A stretch of 64,000 nucleotides of DNA from Pseudomonadota bacterium (GTDB taxonomy: Bacteria; UBA10199; 2-02-FULL-44-16; JAAZCA01). Below the pieces are notes generated by a model. It searched no databases and was not told the DNA's origin. It saw only the letters and a program-made list of their open reading frames with translations. The DNA lies in NCBI GenBank assembly GCA_043798915.1, contig JAZDOG010000056.1:17765-81764 (forward strand), written 5' to 3'. Below, one piece after another: positions 47,766-56,477 of this stretch; position 1 is the stretch's first letter; each line of letters starts with the position of its first letter. Both the position numbers and the translations under genes were made by a program.

Positions 47766-49196
47766 TCACGAAATGGTCTTTCGTTTTCCAGGCACTGTCA
47801 ACGCTTCCCAATGTCCACTTCTGTCGGGGCCGACGCGTTTTATGAGATTTTCTTTTTTCATCTTGTCTATATTCCACTCTATGCCTTTCAATGTTAAGCC
47901 CGTTTTATCGGCAATTTCAGAGATTGTTATTTCAGGATTTTCCCTCATCAGGCGTAAAATTTTCTCCCTAGTTTTCTCCCTAGTTTTCTCCCTAGTTTTC
48001 TCCACAGTTTCCTTTTCAGCCGCTCTGGTTGTGGCTTGAGCCTTTTTGAGGGTCACCACGATGCTGGTTCCAGTGTATTCGAACTCAGGATAAGGCAATT
48101 CCCACTCACGGCACCACTTGACGATTTTATTGGTGCCCGACCCGACCTCCTCGACGTATTTGACCCAGAAAAATTGTTTGGCGATCAGAGGATTCGGTGG
48201 TTGAGATTCGTGCTTTCTGGTCAATGTCTCCGCAGTCCATCCTTTCGGCAACATACCAGGGTTCCAAAACTCGATCCGGTCGTCAAAAATTCTAACTTGA
48301 GCCTTCGCTGTTGACCAATAGTCGCGATGTGCGATGGCATTAGCCAGGGCCTCGCGGATGGCCTTTGGCGGATACTCCCACTTTTCCTGTCTTTCCAGTT
48401 TTCCAGATTCGATCCATGCCGACAGGGCAATGTGATTAAAGATGAACTTTTCAGCCTCCTGCAGCTGATGGATTACGCTGCCTGTTATTGGTTTTAAATC
48501 CAGCATGTCCCCCGTTACGTCCACTCCCTTGAAGCGGATGCACTTCAACTCACATTGAGGATAAAAATCGTGCGGCGCGCCAAACAATAGAATTGCCGCG
48601 TTGGTAGGTTTCTTGCCCTTTGTTAGTTTGAGCCTCATCAATGCTTCGTGAACAGGCAGTTTCTCGCTTAAATCCAGACCGCGTTCAGACCGCCCTTTTA
48701 AGATGAACTCCTTGAGCAAATCGCGATCGATGTCCTTTAAAGTTGCGCCTTTGCAAATCTGGCTGTCAAAACGAACACGATCTTTATTCTTTTCGAGGAT
48801 CAATCGCTCGTATTCGTCTTTAGACATCTTCACCGTTGAACGGCCGGCCCTCTTATATGGCCGCCCAAAGGCAAGGACCAAATGGTCGTGCGATTCTGTC
48901 ACTTCGATGACAAGAACTTCCTTCCCGTCAATTTTCTTCGTAGTCACTTTGGGATGCAGCTTGGGATCGGTGTTTTGAGCGATCTGATTGACCAGCTTTT
49001 CGATAGTGCCTTTGCCGATGTGAACGTCCGCCACCTTGCCTTCGGGAGAAACACCAACGAGGACACATCCGCCCTCGGTATTGGCAAATGCCCCAGCCGT
49101 TTCGGTTATTTCCTTGATCTCAGACAATGACTGCTTCCATTCGATTGTCGTCGATTCGCTGGCACCGATAAATTTTGTGACGTTTTTTGACGGCAT
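47766..49196 (-). CDS. AlbA_2 (Schlafen-like) + HATPase_c_4 + HTH protein, paralogue 2
   Basis: ESTTIEWKQS, AFANTEGG, REALANAIAHRDY, DRIEFWNPG, EEVGSG and C-terminal GPDRSGHWE. Confidence 0.9.
   Translation of the reverse strand: MPSKNVTKFIGASESTTIEWKQSLSEIKEITETAGAFANTEGGCVLVGVSPEGKVADVHIGKGTIEKLVNQIAQNTDPKLHPKVTTKKIDGKEVLVIEVTESHDHLVLAFGRPYKRAGRSTVKMSKDEYERLILEKNKDRVRFDSQICKGATLKDIDRDLLKEFILKGRSERGLDLSEKLPVHEALMRLKLTKGKKPTNAAILLFGAPHDFYPQCELKCIRFKGVDVTGDMLDLKPITGSVIHQLQEAEKFIFNHIALSAWIESGKLERQEKWEYPPKAIREALANAIAHRDYWSTAKAQVRIFDDRIEFWNPGMLPKGWTAETLTRKHESQPPNPLIAKQFFWVKYVEEVGSGTNKIVKWCREWELPYPEFEYTGTSIVVTLKKAQATTRAAEKETVEKTREKTREKTREKILRLMRENPEITISEIADKTGLTLKGIEWNIDKMKKENLIKRVGPDRSGHWEALTVPGKRKTIS
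47960..48003 (-). repeat. 12-bp in-frame tandem repeat (EKTR, about 3.7 copies)
   Basis: Unit TTTTCTCCCTAG on the + strand, in the linker before the HTH. Confidence 0.9.
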
Positions 49197-49319
49197 ATTA
49201 TCCTTCACAAATCACCCTGCCAACTTCGGCTAATTGATTGCCAGAGCGTTTGGCAAGTTTCATTTTGGCGCCTCTTTAATATTTGGCAGCCATTTGAATT
49301 TAATATCGCATCCCCGAAA

Positions 49320-50054
49320 TCACGTTGCCACGCGGCTTTCTACATGGCCCATTGGTCTTTCATTCCAAATGCGTCCTTTAAGAGTTCTGCCAGCTTTCTT
49401 TTTATTGAAACCTCCCCATTGCTTGAAGAAAAATGGAACTCTGGCACCCTTGCATTGTCTCATGATACCCAAGACCCATTCTTCATCCATAGGTCTTGCG
49501 TATGGGCCAGACTCACCACCGACTATGATCCAATCAATCTTCTTAAGATTGAGTTTATTCAATGGTCCAAGAAGGGGTTCCAAGGATAAAAACTTAACCT
49601 TTGCAGGTATTTTCCTTAAGTCATCAATTCTATTTAAATACTTATCGCATTCGACAGTCACGCCCATCCATACATTGTCAGGCCACTCAAGCTCAGAACC
49701 TAATTCCAATAATCTTTCAGAGCGTTTTGTTAGTACTTGAAATGTATGCCAATGGGCATGTTTCATTATTTTTAATACAGCTTTGATATACGAAGCAGAG
49801 ACGTCTTTGTGAAACAAATCACTCATTGAATTTACAAATACCGTCTGTGGCTTTTTCCATTTCAAAGGCAACTCGAGCATATGTGGATGCTCTACGACAT
49901 CAAATCCAAAACGATAATTAGGCTGACCCATGGCTTGCAGACGATACGCCATACGTTCAGCATAACAGTTCTTGCACCCCGCACTGATTTTGGAGCACCC
50001 TGTAACAGGATTCCATGTCACCCCTGTCCATTCAATTTTTGATTTGGTTGCCAT
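49320..50054 (-). CDS. DUF5131 (phage Gp37/Gp68, three-Cys radical-SAM-like) protein
   Basis: SKIEWT..TWNPVTGCSKISAGCKNCYA, FVNSMSDLFH, FQVLTKR, FLSLEPLLG, GGESG and FFFKQWG. Confidence 0.92.
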   Translation of the reverse strand: MATKSKIEWTGVTWNPVTGCSKISAGCKNCYAERMAYRLQAMGQPNYRFGFDVVEHPHMLELPLKWKKPQTVFVNSMSDLFHKDVSASYIKAVLKIMKHAHWHTFQVLTKRSERLLELGSELEWPDNVWMGVTVECDKYLNRIDDLRKIPAKVKFLSLEPLLGPLNKLNLKKIDWIIVGGESGPYARPMDEEWVLGIMRQCKGARVPFFFKQWGGFNKKKAGRTLKGRIWNERPMGHVESRVAT

Positions 50055-50096
50055 TTTAGACTTATTTCGTACCACGTCCTTTTCCGGCCGGTTCAA

Positions 50097-51209
50097 TTAA
50101 ACCCATTCTTCAGGGATAGGCATATCCTTTGAGGGCTTCAAATTAAACCATTTGAGCGTTCCTAAATTACGAATTGTTAATGCTACCTCTGCCTCGTTAA
50201 GCGGAGGTCTGCGTTTTTGTTTCCATTTCATAACCTCATTCAATGTGTCTTGTTCCGTCATATTTCCCTTGTTCATCGTACGTTCCGTAAACAAAACCGT
50301 AGCTACGATTTCTGCTCTATTTGTGTCCAAGCGTAGAAATAAATCCACGGTTTTATCAATTAATTCACCCCATTTTCTAAAACTATCTTTATATTTCAAG
50401 CGCTCCTTTTCATAGGCGAGGCCAGGCACAACTTGAAACATATTGCCAAGCTGGATTTCCTGTATCAATCCCGCATTGGCCAGCCGTTTTTTAACGTCAT
50501 TCAAAGACTGTGAATAAGGGCCATAAGAACTCCTCGAGTGTTCCAATCCCGTGGGAATACCCAACGATGTGGCAACATACGCAATTTTTTGAAAGATCGT
50601 TCTGCCGACTGGCATGTGGTATTGTTGTTTTCCGATACGACAAACAATTTCAACCAGCGCAACCCAAGCTGGGTTCATTTTTTGAAGTATCGACTCTCCA
50701 GATTGAGATTCCCTTGAATCAAAATATCGAGAAAGAAATTTTTCGGTCAATTGAGCAGGAGGTGTGCCATAGGGCGCATACAATTTTACTGGAATATCCA
50801 GTTTTGAAAGGTATTTATAGATCAGCGGCCCGACTGTTTCCCATAAGAGCTGGCCGTTACCGCACCCCAAGGGGGGCACAGCAATCGATTGAATCCCCCA
50901 ATCTTTATACTTGGAAACCAATATTTTTAAACCGTTTTCGATATCCTCTATCCGAGACGCAGCGCGCCAGTCGGACTTTGTAGGAAAATTAACGACCTGC
51001 GGCGCAAATAGCGACGAAGCTCCGAATAAATACGGAACCCCTGGCCTAACTTCTCCTTTTTGGCATCGCACAGCATAATCCTCAAACATTTCCGGATATC
51101 GTTTTTTAAATTCGGCCGCGATGCCTTTGCCCATCACCCCGACACAATTAACTGTATTAATTAATGTTTGGGCTTGTGAATCAAAAATGTCCCCAATCAA
51201 TATTTCCAT
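50097..51209 (-). CDS. darG: DarG macrodomain antitoxin (DNA ADP-ribosylglycohydrolase)
   Basis: NTVNCVGVMGKGIA, NFPTK.DWR and PPLGCGNG; C-terminal FQKIAY/YGPYS domain. Confidence 0.92.
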   Translation of the reverse strand: MEILIGDIFDSQAQTLINTVNCVGVMGKGIAAEFKKRYPEMFEDYAVRCQKGEVRPGVPYLFGASSLFAPQVVNFPTKSDWRAASRIEDIENGLKILVSKYKDWGIQSIAVPPLGCGNGQLLWETVGPLIYKYLSKLDIPVKLYAPYGTPPAQLTEKFLSRYFDSRESQSGESILQKMNPAWVALVEIVCRIGKQQYHMPVGRTIFQKIAYVATSLGIPTGLEHSRSSYGPYSQSLNDVKKRLANAGLIQEIQLGNMFQVVPGLAYEKERLKYKDSFRKWGELIDKTVDLFLRLDTNRAEIVATVLFTERTMNKGNMTEQDTLNEVMKWKQKRRPPLNEAEVALTIRNLGTLKWFNLKPSKDMPIPEEWV

Positions 51210-51220
51210 ATACACCTCCC

Positions 51221-51805
51221 CTAAAAAAAGATGTTTGCCTTGATCTCAACCGGTAAAGATGAAACCTGCCTGAAAGTAGCTAATGCAATGTTATTTGCCA
51301 CATAAGCACCGACAATGGACTCGGGAGAAACACGCTCCGATACCAGCACTTCAGCGCATTTTATACCTTTTTTTCTATATTTTTCTATTGGATCATCGTC
51401 AAGCCAGAACTCAGCAAAGATTTCCTCTTTTTTCATCAAAGGCAAACCATCTGCCACGGACTTAAACCAGCAATCTCTGCTTGCATTCTGGTCTGTAACA
51501 ATGACCCCCTGTGCGGCCAAAACATCATTTCTGATTCGCAAAACACAGATCGAATCGTTCAGGTGTCTCCTAGCGCTCAACATAGGATTATGGGCATCGA
51601 AATAAAGGTTTGCATAATCATGTAGACACTTGTTTGTTCCGGGGACCTTTTTATTTTGTCTGCGCTCTTGAACTCCTTCCTCGGCAATGGAGGAGTGAGG
51701 AATCCTACGTGCCTCTTTATGAGAAAGAATCCCTTCCCGCATGATCGATGGGACGTTCGCAATCTCAGTAATAAAATAAAGTTCCTGTATATCGTTGATG
51801 TCCAT
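51221..51805 (-). CDS. darT: DarT (DUF4433) DNA ADP-ribosyltransferase toxin
   Basis: YFIT..NVPSI..GILS, LHDYANLYF...NPML, TDQNA and AEVLV (catalytic Glu); lies directly upstream of darG. Confidence 0.9.
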   Translation of the reverse strand: MDINDIQELYFITEIANVPSIMREGILSHKEARRIPHSSIAEEGVQERRQNKKVPGTNKCLHDYANLYFDAHNPMLSARRHLNDSICVLRIRNDVLAAQGVIVTDQNASRDCWFKSVADGLPLMKKEEIFAEFWLDDDPIEKYRKKGIKCAEVLVSERVSPESIVGAYVANNIALATFRQVSSLPVEIKANIFF

Positions 51806-51845
51806 GGTTATAAATTCTCCCCGCGGCAAACCCGGCCTCCCTCTC

Positions 51846-53195
51846 CTATTTCCGTTTTCCGGGCACCGGCAATGCTTCCCAATGTCCGCCTTTGTCGGGA
51901 CCAATGCGCTTTATGATGCCCGCCTTCTTGAGTCGGACAAGGTGGTATTTTATACCATCCTCTGTCAATCCAACGGCCTTTGCCAGTTCTTTTCTCGAAA
52001 CTTGAGGATTGGATTTAATTTCAGAAATAATTTTCTGGGTAGTTTTCTGGGTAGTTTTCTGGGTAGTTTCAGTTTCAACCACTTTTTCGCCTGTTTGAAA
52101 ATTATCTTTGCGCTTGAAAACCACAATAAAATGCGCCCCCACCTCTTTAAACAAGGTCTGGGGCTCCTTAGAGAGGATAAGGCGTATTCCTCTTCCCCAC
52201 TTTTCAATAATGTGTATTCTGTGAAACAGCTCGGCAATAAGCTCATTGCGTCTTTCTGAAACCATTTCGGTGGTCATCTTCTCGATTGTCAAGCCGCCAT
52301 AAAGAAGACCCGGGTTCCTTATTTCGACGCGGTCCCTGAAAATCGCTATATTGACCGAATCGTATTCACGGTAATCCCTGTGGCAAAATGCATTGATTAT
52401 CGCCTCGCGGAGGGCCTCCCTGTCTATTTCAGGGACATCCGTCCTGTGCAAACCCTCAATGCGCATCCCAATATGCACGTTCTGCAAAATGTATTCTTGA
52501 GCTTTCTCAATGAGATAAAAAACATCTCCCTCAAACTCTTTTCTGTCAATAATAAGCGAGGTATCAGTTTTTCCAAAAACGGCGCATCTCAATTTAGCGT
52601 TTGGAAATAAATCTTGAGGTTTTTTGGCAAACAACAAGATAGCGGCATTCAGCAATTTCCTGCCGGAAAACAGCTTCAGTTTCGCCAGTGAGTTAAACGA
52701 GGTATCGTACTTAAGATCGGCTTGCCTGAGGAAGTTCTTCAACTTCTGAGGACTGATATCGGATGGTTTTGCATGCAGACAGGGTTCATTGTCCCACCGC
52801 AGTTTATCTTTGTTCCTTTTCAGGACCAACCTTTCAATCTCGCGGGCGCTCATTTGGCGGTCTTCGTCTGCAACGCGCATGTAGGCCCGCCCGTAAGCAA
52901 AATACGGCACATCTTTTCCTTCAAAGCCTATTCGTATGGTGGTTTTGTTGTTTATTTTTATCTGCGCTATATTGGGATAAATTTTCGGTTCTATATTTTC
53001 CGAAATTGCCCGAGAAATATCGCGCAGCGTGTTGCTTCCCACCTGCTGGCCAATCACGGCACCGTCGTTCTTAATGCCGAAATATACTTCGCCGCAATTA
53101 TGTTTATTGAGGATGGCAGAAATTGAGACAACCGCCTCTTTTAATTCAGACGTGCTCTTCTTAAATTCAACAGTTTCGGACTCAATGTATTTCAC
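51846..53195 (-). CDS. AlbA_2 (Schlafen-like) + HATPase_c_4 + HTH protein, paralogue 1
   Basis: ESETVEFKKS, AILNK..G, REAIINAFCHRDY, DRVEIRNPG, EKWGRG and GPDKGGHWE; GTG start overlaps the nuoE stop (GTGA). Confidence 0.9.
   Translation of the reverse strand: MKYIESETVEFKKSTSELKEAVVSISAILNKHNCGEVYFGIKNDGAVIGQQVGSNTLRDISRAISENIEPKIYPNIAQIKINNKTTIRIGFEGKDVPYFAYGRAYMRVADEDRQMSAREIERLVLKRNKDKLRWDNEPCLHAKPSDISPQKLKNFLRQADLKYDTSFNSLAKLKLFSGRKLLNAAILLFAKKPQDLFPNAKLRCAVFGKTDTSLIIDRKEFEGDVFYLIEKAQEYILQNVHIGMRIEGLHRTDVPEIDREALREAIINAFCHRDYREYDSVNIAIFRDRVEIRNPGLLYGGLTIEKMTTEMVSERRNELIAELFHRIHIIEKWGRGIRLILSKEPQTLFKEVGAHFIVVFKRKDNFQTGEKVVETETTQKTTQKTTQKIISEIKSNPQVSRKELAKAVGLTEDGIKYHLVRLKKAGIIKRIGPDKGGHWEALPVPGKRK
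52031..52069 (-). repeat. 12-bp in-frame tandem repeat (TTQK, 3 copies)
   Basis: Unit TTTTCTGGGTAG on the + strand. Confidence 0.9.
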
Positions 53196-53668
53196 AAAGT
53201 TAATTTCTCCAAAATCCCATCCACCTTTCCTGCATCCAGATTCTCGTAATAATCATCCCCGATCTGCATCATCGGCGAGGTGCCGCAGGAGCCGAGGCAT
53301 TCTACGGTCGAGAGATGAAATTTTCCGTCCGGCGTCGTTTCGCCGGCGTCGACGCCAAGTTTTTCTTTGAGAAACCCAAGGAGCCAGTCCGAACCCTTGA
53401 GCCGGCAGCAGACGCCGGCGCAGACCTGTATGTGGTGCCGGCCGATCTGCCTTCGATTGAACATCGTGTAGAAGCTTGCGACCTCATGCGCCTCGGCTGG
53501 GGTGATCCCAGCCAGATCCGCGACCAGGACCTCGGCCTCGGGCGGCACCCAGCCCTCCTGCTCCTGAACGAGCCAGAGCAGCGGCAGAAGCGCCGCGCGC
53601 CTTTTTGGATAGAGGGCGACGAGTTCATCCGCCCTGCGCTTGCGTTCCGGTGTAAGGACAAATTGCAT
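53192..53668 (-). CDS. nuoE: NADH-quinone oxidoreductase subunit E
   Basis: VASFYTMF, VCAGVCC and VECLGSC. Confidence 0.95.
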   Translation of the reverse strand: MQFVLTPERKRRADELVALYPKRRAALLPLLWLVQEQEGWVPPEAEVLVADLAGITPAEAHEVASFYTMFNRRQIGRHHIQVCAGVCCRLKGSDWLLGFLKEKLGVDAGETTPDGKFHLSTVECLGSCGTSPMMQIGDDYYENLDAGKVDGILEKLTL

Positions 53669-53680
53669 TTTAACTCCACC

Positions 53681-53752
53681 CCTCCCCTTTGTAAGGGGAG
53701 GGTCAGGGTGGGGTAGATCTACCTCCCCTTTCCCCTCCTTACAAAGGAGGGG
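53681..53752. repeat. Type-B REP-like double hairpin, nuoCD-nuoE intergenic
   Basis: CCTCCCCTTTGTAAGGGGAGG...GTAGATCTAC...CCCCTCCTTACAAAGGAGGGG. Confidence 0.85.
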
Positions 53753-53759
53753 AATTGGT

Positions 53760-55460
53760 TCACCGATCCAACTCCCCCGCTATGATGTTCAGGCTCCCCA
53801 TGATCGCGACTGCATCCGCTATCATGCGCCCCTCGATAAGTTTAGGATACGCCTGATAGATCGAGAAGCACGGCGGCCTGACCTTGATGCGATACGGCTT
53901 CTCACCTCCGTCGGACACGATATAGAATCCGAGCTCGCCGTTTGCCGCCTCCGTGTAGGAGTACGCCTCGCCGACTGGCGGGTGCATCCCGTGCATCACG
54001 ATCTTGAACTGCTGCATCATCCCCTCGATCGACCCGTAGACCTCGTGCGGCTGGGGGAGCGCGATGTCGCGCCTCTCGGTCATGATAGGCCCCACCGGCA
54101 TCTTTTCGAGTATCTGTTCGATCAGGCGCGCCGACTGCTTCATCTCCTCCATGCGCACCATGACTCGGTCGTAGGTGTCGCCGTTAAACCCCACCGGGAT
54201 GTCCCAATCGAGCTCGCTGTAGTGGTAATACGGATGCGCCCGGCGCACGTCGTAGTCGCAGCCGGTCGCGCGAAGGCACGGCCCCGTGAAACCGTAGCCG
54301 ATCGCATCGTCTTCCGAGATGGCGCCGACTCCCTGCGTCCTGTCCATGAAGATGCGGTTCTTCTTGATGAGCCCCTCGACGTGAGAAATCGCGATATGGA
54401 GATCCTTCAGGCATTTTTTCAGCTGCGCGCCGGTGGAGGAAGGGATGTCGCGCACCAGGCCGCCGATCCGCGTGTAGTTCGTGGTGAGCCTCGCTCCGCA
54501 GAGGGCCTCGATCCAGTCGGTGAACATCTCGCGGACGTTGAAGAGGTACCAGTAGTTGGTGAGCGCGCCCAAGTCGACGAGATTTGCGGCGTTGCAGACC
54601 AGGTGGTCGCATATGCGCGCGACCTCAGAGATGAGCATCCTGACCCACTTCGCCCTCTCGGGGATATCCACGCCGAAGAGCTTTTCCACCGCCATGCAGT
54701 ATCCCACGTTGTTCATGAGCGGGGAGCAGTAGTTGAGCCTGTCGGTGTACGGGATGATCGTGTGCCACGGGTGCCCCTCGGACTCCTTCTCGAAACAGCG
54801 GTGGAGGTATCCGATCTCCGGCGCTGCCCTGGAGATCTTCTCGCCGTCCAGCTCGACCATCACGCGGAAGCAGCCGTGCATCGCGGGATGCGAGGGGCCG
54901 ATATTGAGGTACATCCTCTCACCCTCACCCTGACCCTCTCCCCTCAAGGGAGAGGGATGGGTGATGGGTGGTTGCATCTCATCCATCAACGTTTCCGGGG
55001 TCGGAATGACGCCGCGCCTCGCCTTCGGATAATCCTTTCGAAGCGCGTGGCCGACAAATTCGTGGTGGCACAATATCCTCTTGAGGTTCGGGTGCCCTTC
55101 GAAGCGTATGCCGAAGAGGTCGAAGGCTTCTCGCTCGAACCAGTTTGCTGCTGCGAAGATTCCGGTGAGAGTATCGACCTTTGGATCGGCCTCCGGGCAG
55201 CGCGTCTTGAGACGCAGGCGCTTTCCATCCTTCATGCTGCGCAGGTGGAGGACCACCTCGAAGCGTTCCTCGCGGCCAGGATAGTCGGCGCCGCACAGGT
55301 CGAGCATCATCGCGTATCCCATTTCATCCCTGAGATATCGGACGACGCCCGCCCACGCATCGCGCTTTATGACCGCGGTCTCGTCTCCGAGCTGGCCGTG
55401 CATCAGGGCGACGGATCCGCCGAAGCGCTCTTTGATTTTTTCTATGTGTCCCTGTGACAT
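53760..55460 (-). CDS. nuoCD: Fused NADH-quinone oxidoreductase subunit C/D
   Basis: WFEREAFDLFGI.F.GHPNL and HALRKDYP (C); GPSHPAMHG, GYLHRCFEK and GELDR (D). Confidence 0.96.
   Translation of the reverse strand: MSQGHIEKIKERFGGSVALMHGQLGDETAVIKRDAWAGVVRYLRDEMGYAMMLDLCGADYPGREERFEVVLHLRSMKDGKRLRLKTRCPEADPKVDTLTGIFAAANWFEREAFDLFGIRFEGHPNLKRILCHHEFVGHALRKDYPKARRGVIPTPETLMDEMQPPITHPSPLRGEGQGEGERMYLNIGPSHPAMHGCFRVMVELDGEKISRAAPEIGYLHRCFEKESEGHPWHTIIPYTDRLNYCSPLMNNVGYCMAVEKLFGVDIPERAKWVRMLISEVARICDHLVCNAANLVDLGALTNYWYLFNVREMFTDWIEALCGARLTTNYTRIGGLVRDIPSSTGAQLKKCLKDLHIAISHVEGLIKKNRIFMDRTQGVGAISEDDAIGYGFTGPCLRATGCDYDVRRAHPYYHYSELDWDIPVGFNGDTYDRVMVRMEEMKQSARLIEQILEKMPVGPIMTERRDIALPQPHEVYGSIEGMMQQFKIVMHGMHPPVGEAYSYTEAANGELGFYIVSDGGEKPYRIKVRPPCFSIYQAYPKLIEGRMIADAVAIMGSLNIIAGELDR
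54919..54956 (+). repeat. Type-A REP-like element, in frame in the NuoC-NuoD linker
   Basis: TCACCCTCACCCTGACCCTCTCCCCTCAAGGGAGAGGG encodes PSPLRGEGQGEG on the minus strand. Confidence 0.82.
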
Positions 55461-55464
55461 AAAT

Positions 55465-56475
55465 TCACTGCCATCTCTTGGGCGAACTGGGCACGATCTT
55501 CTCCTTGGGCGCCTTGACTGCCGGCTGCTGCGGCGCCGTCGGCTCCGGAACTGCAGCGACAGGCTGCGCTGCATTCGGCGTACGCGCCGTCCCTGCCGGT
55601 CGGCCTCCCCTGTCCGGCGGCTGAACGGGGGGAGCAGGCGCCGCCACACCCCACGACGACAGCGTGCCGGGCGAAGAGTCGTTCACTATGCTGTAGACGG
55701 TGCCATTCTCCTTGTTCGCATTGAGGAGCGCGTACTCCCTCTCCGCCGCCCTCCCCTCGAACGTCCCCTTCTCCTTCATCAGGCGCTCATAGGTGCGAAG
55801 CGCCTCCTGCCGATAGGGTTCCGCGCGGATGATCAGCTCATCCTGCGAAATCTGAGAATTGTAGAGGACCCAGCTCCACTTCTTGTGGACATACCACACA
55901 TCGTCGTTGACGCGCGCCCAGAGCAGAAGGCCCCTGAGGTTCCACTCCCCCTTCGGATGACGGGAGAGGAAGGCCTTGATCTTCGGGAGGACGACATCCG
56001 GCTGGCCCTGGAGATCGTGGAGCACGAGATAGAAATCCGCTTCCGCGGCATAATCGCTCTTGGGAAAACGGTCGAGCAACCGGCGATAGTGGCTGCCGGT
56101 ATAGACGATGTACGTGATCGCGTGCTCGTAGCGGAACGCCCCCTCGCCGAACTTTGCGTTGAATGACGACGCCTCGCGCTGCATGCAATCCGGGCCGCCG
56201 CCTCCGCCCTTGCCCCAGTAGCACCTCTTCTCGGCGCTGCCGGTCAGCGAGTCAGCGAGCGCATCGAGGGTGCGTCCGCACAGCGCCAGCGCCTCCGGCG
56301 TCGCCTTCGAATCGTCGGGATGGGAGGCCGCATATCTGTTGAAGAATTCAGCCGCGCCCTGAAGATCCCCGGCGGACATCATCTGTTTTCCCTGGTCGAG
56401 CTCGGCCGCAAACGCTGTGGAAACCAGGGCGAGCAACGATACTGCAGCCACGCATGCGATTCGTCTTAGCTTCAT
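55465..56475 (-). CDS. Exported TPR-like hypothetical protein inside the nuo operon
   Basis: Signal peptide ending AFA; helical repeats (RYAASHPDD, LLDRFPKSDYAAEA, FLSRHPKG); Pro-rich tail; GGAGG SD. Confidence 0.8.
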   Translation of the reverse strand: MKLRRIACVAAVSLLALVSTAFAAELDQGKQMMSAGDLQGAAEFFNRYAASHPDDSKATPEALALCGRTLDALADSLTGSAEKRCYWGKGGGGGPDCMQREASSFNAKFGEGAFRYEHAITYIVYTGSHYRRLLDRFPKSDYAAEADFYLVLHDLQGQPDVVLPKIKAFLSRHPKGEWNLRGLLLWARVNDDVWYVHKKWSWVLYNSQISQDELIIRAEPYRQEALRTYERLMKEKGTFEGRAAEREYALLNANKENGTVYSIVNDSSPGTLSSWGVAAPAPPVQPPDRGGRPAGTARTPNAAQPVAAVPEPTAPQQPAVKAPKEKIVPSSPKRWQ

Positions 56476-56477
56476 GT

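Larger units (their letters stand above)
47766..53195 (-). mobile_element. AT-rich five-gene putative defence cassette inserted between nuoE and nuoF
   Basis: Two hand-counted 60-mers were 40-42% GC, clearly below the flanking nuo genes. It separates genes that are normally adjacent; no integrase or target-site duplication was seen. Confidence 0.75.

Noticed and set aside
43116..53752. Type-B repeats as a CRISPR array or simple terminators
   Set aside because: The copies are kilobases apart with no spacer periodicity and no cas genes; they lie inside an operon and lack consistent U-tracts.
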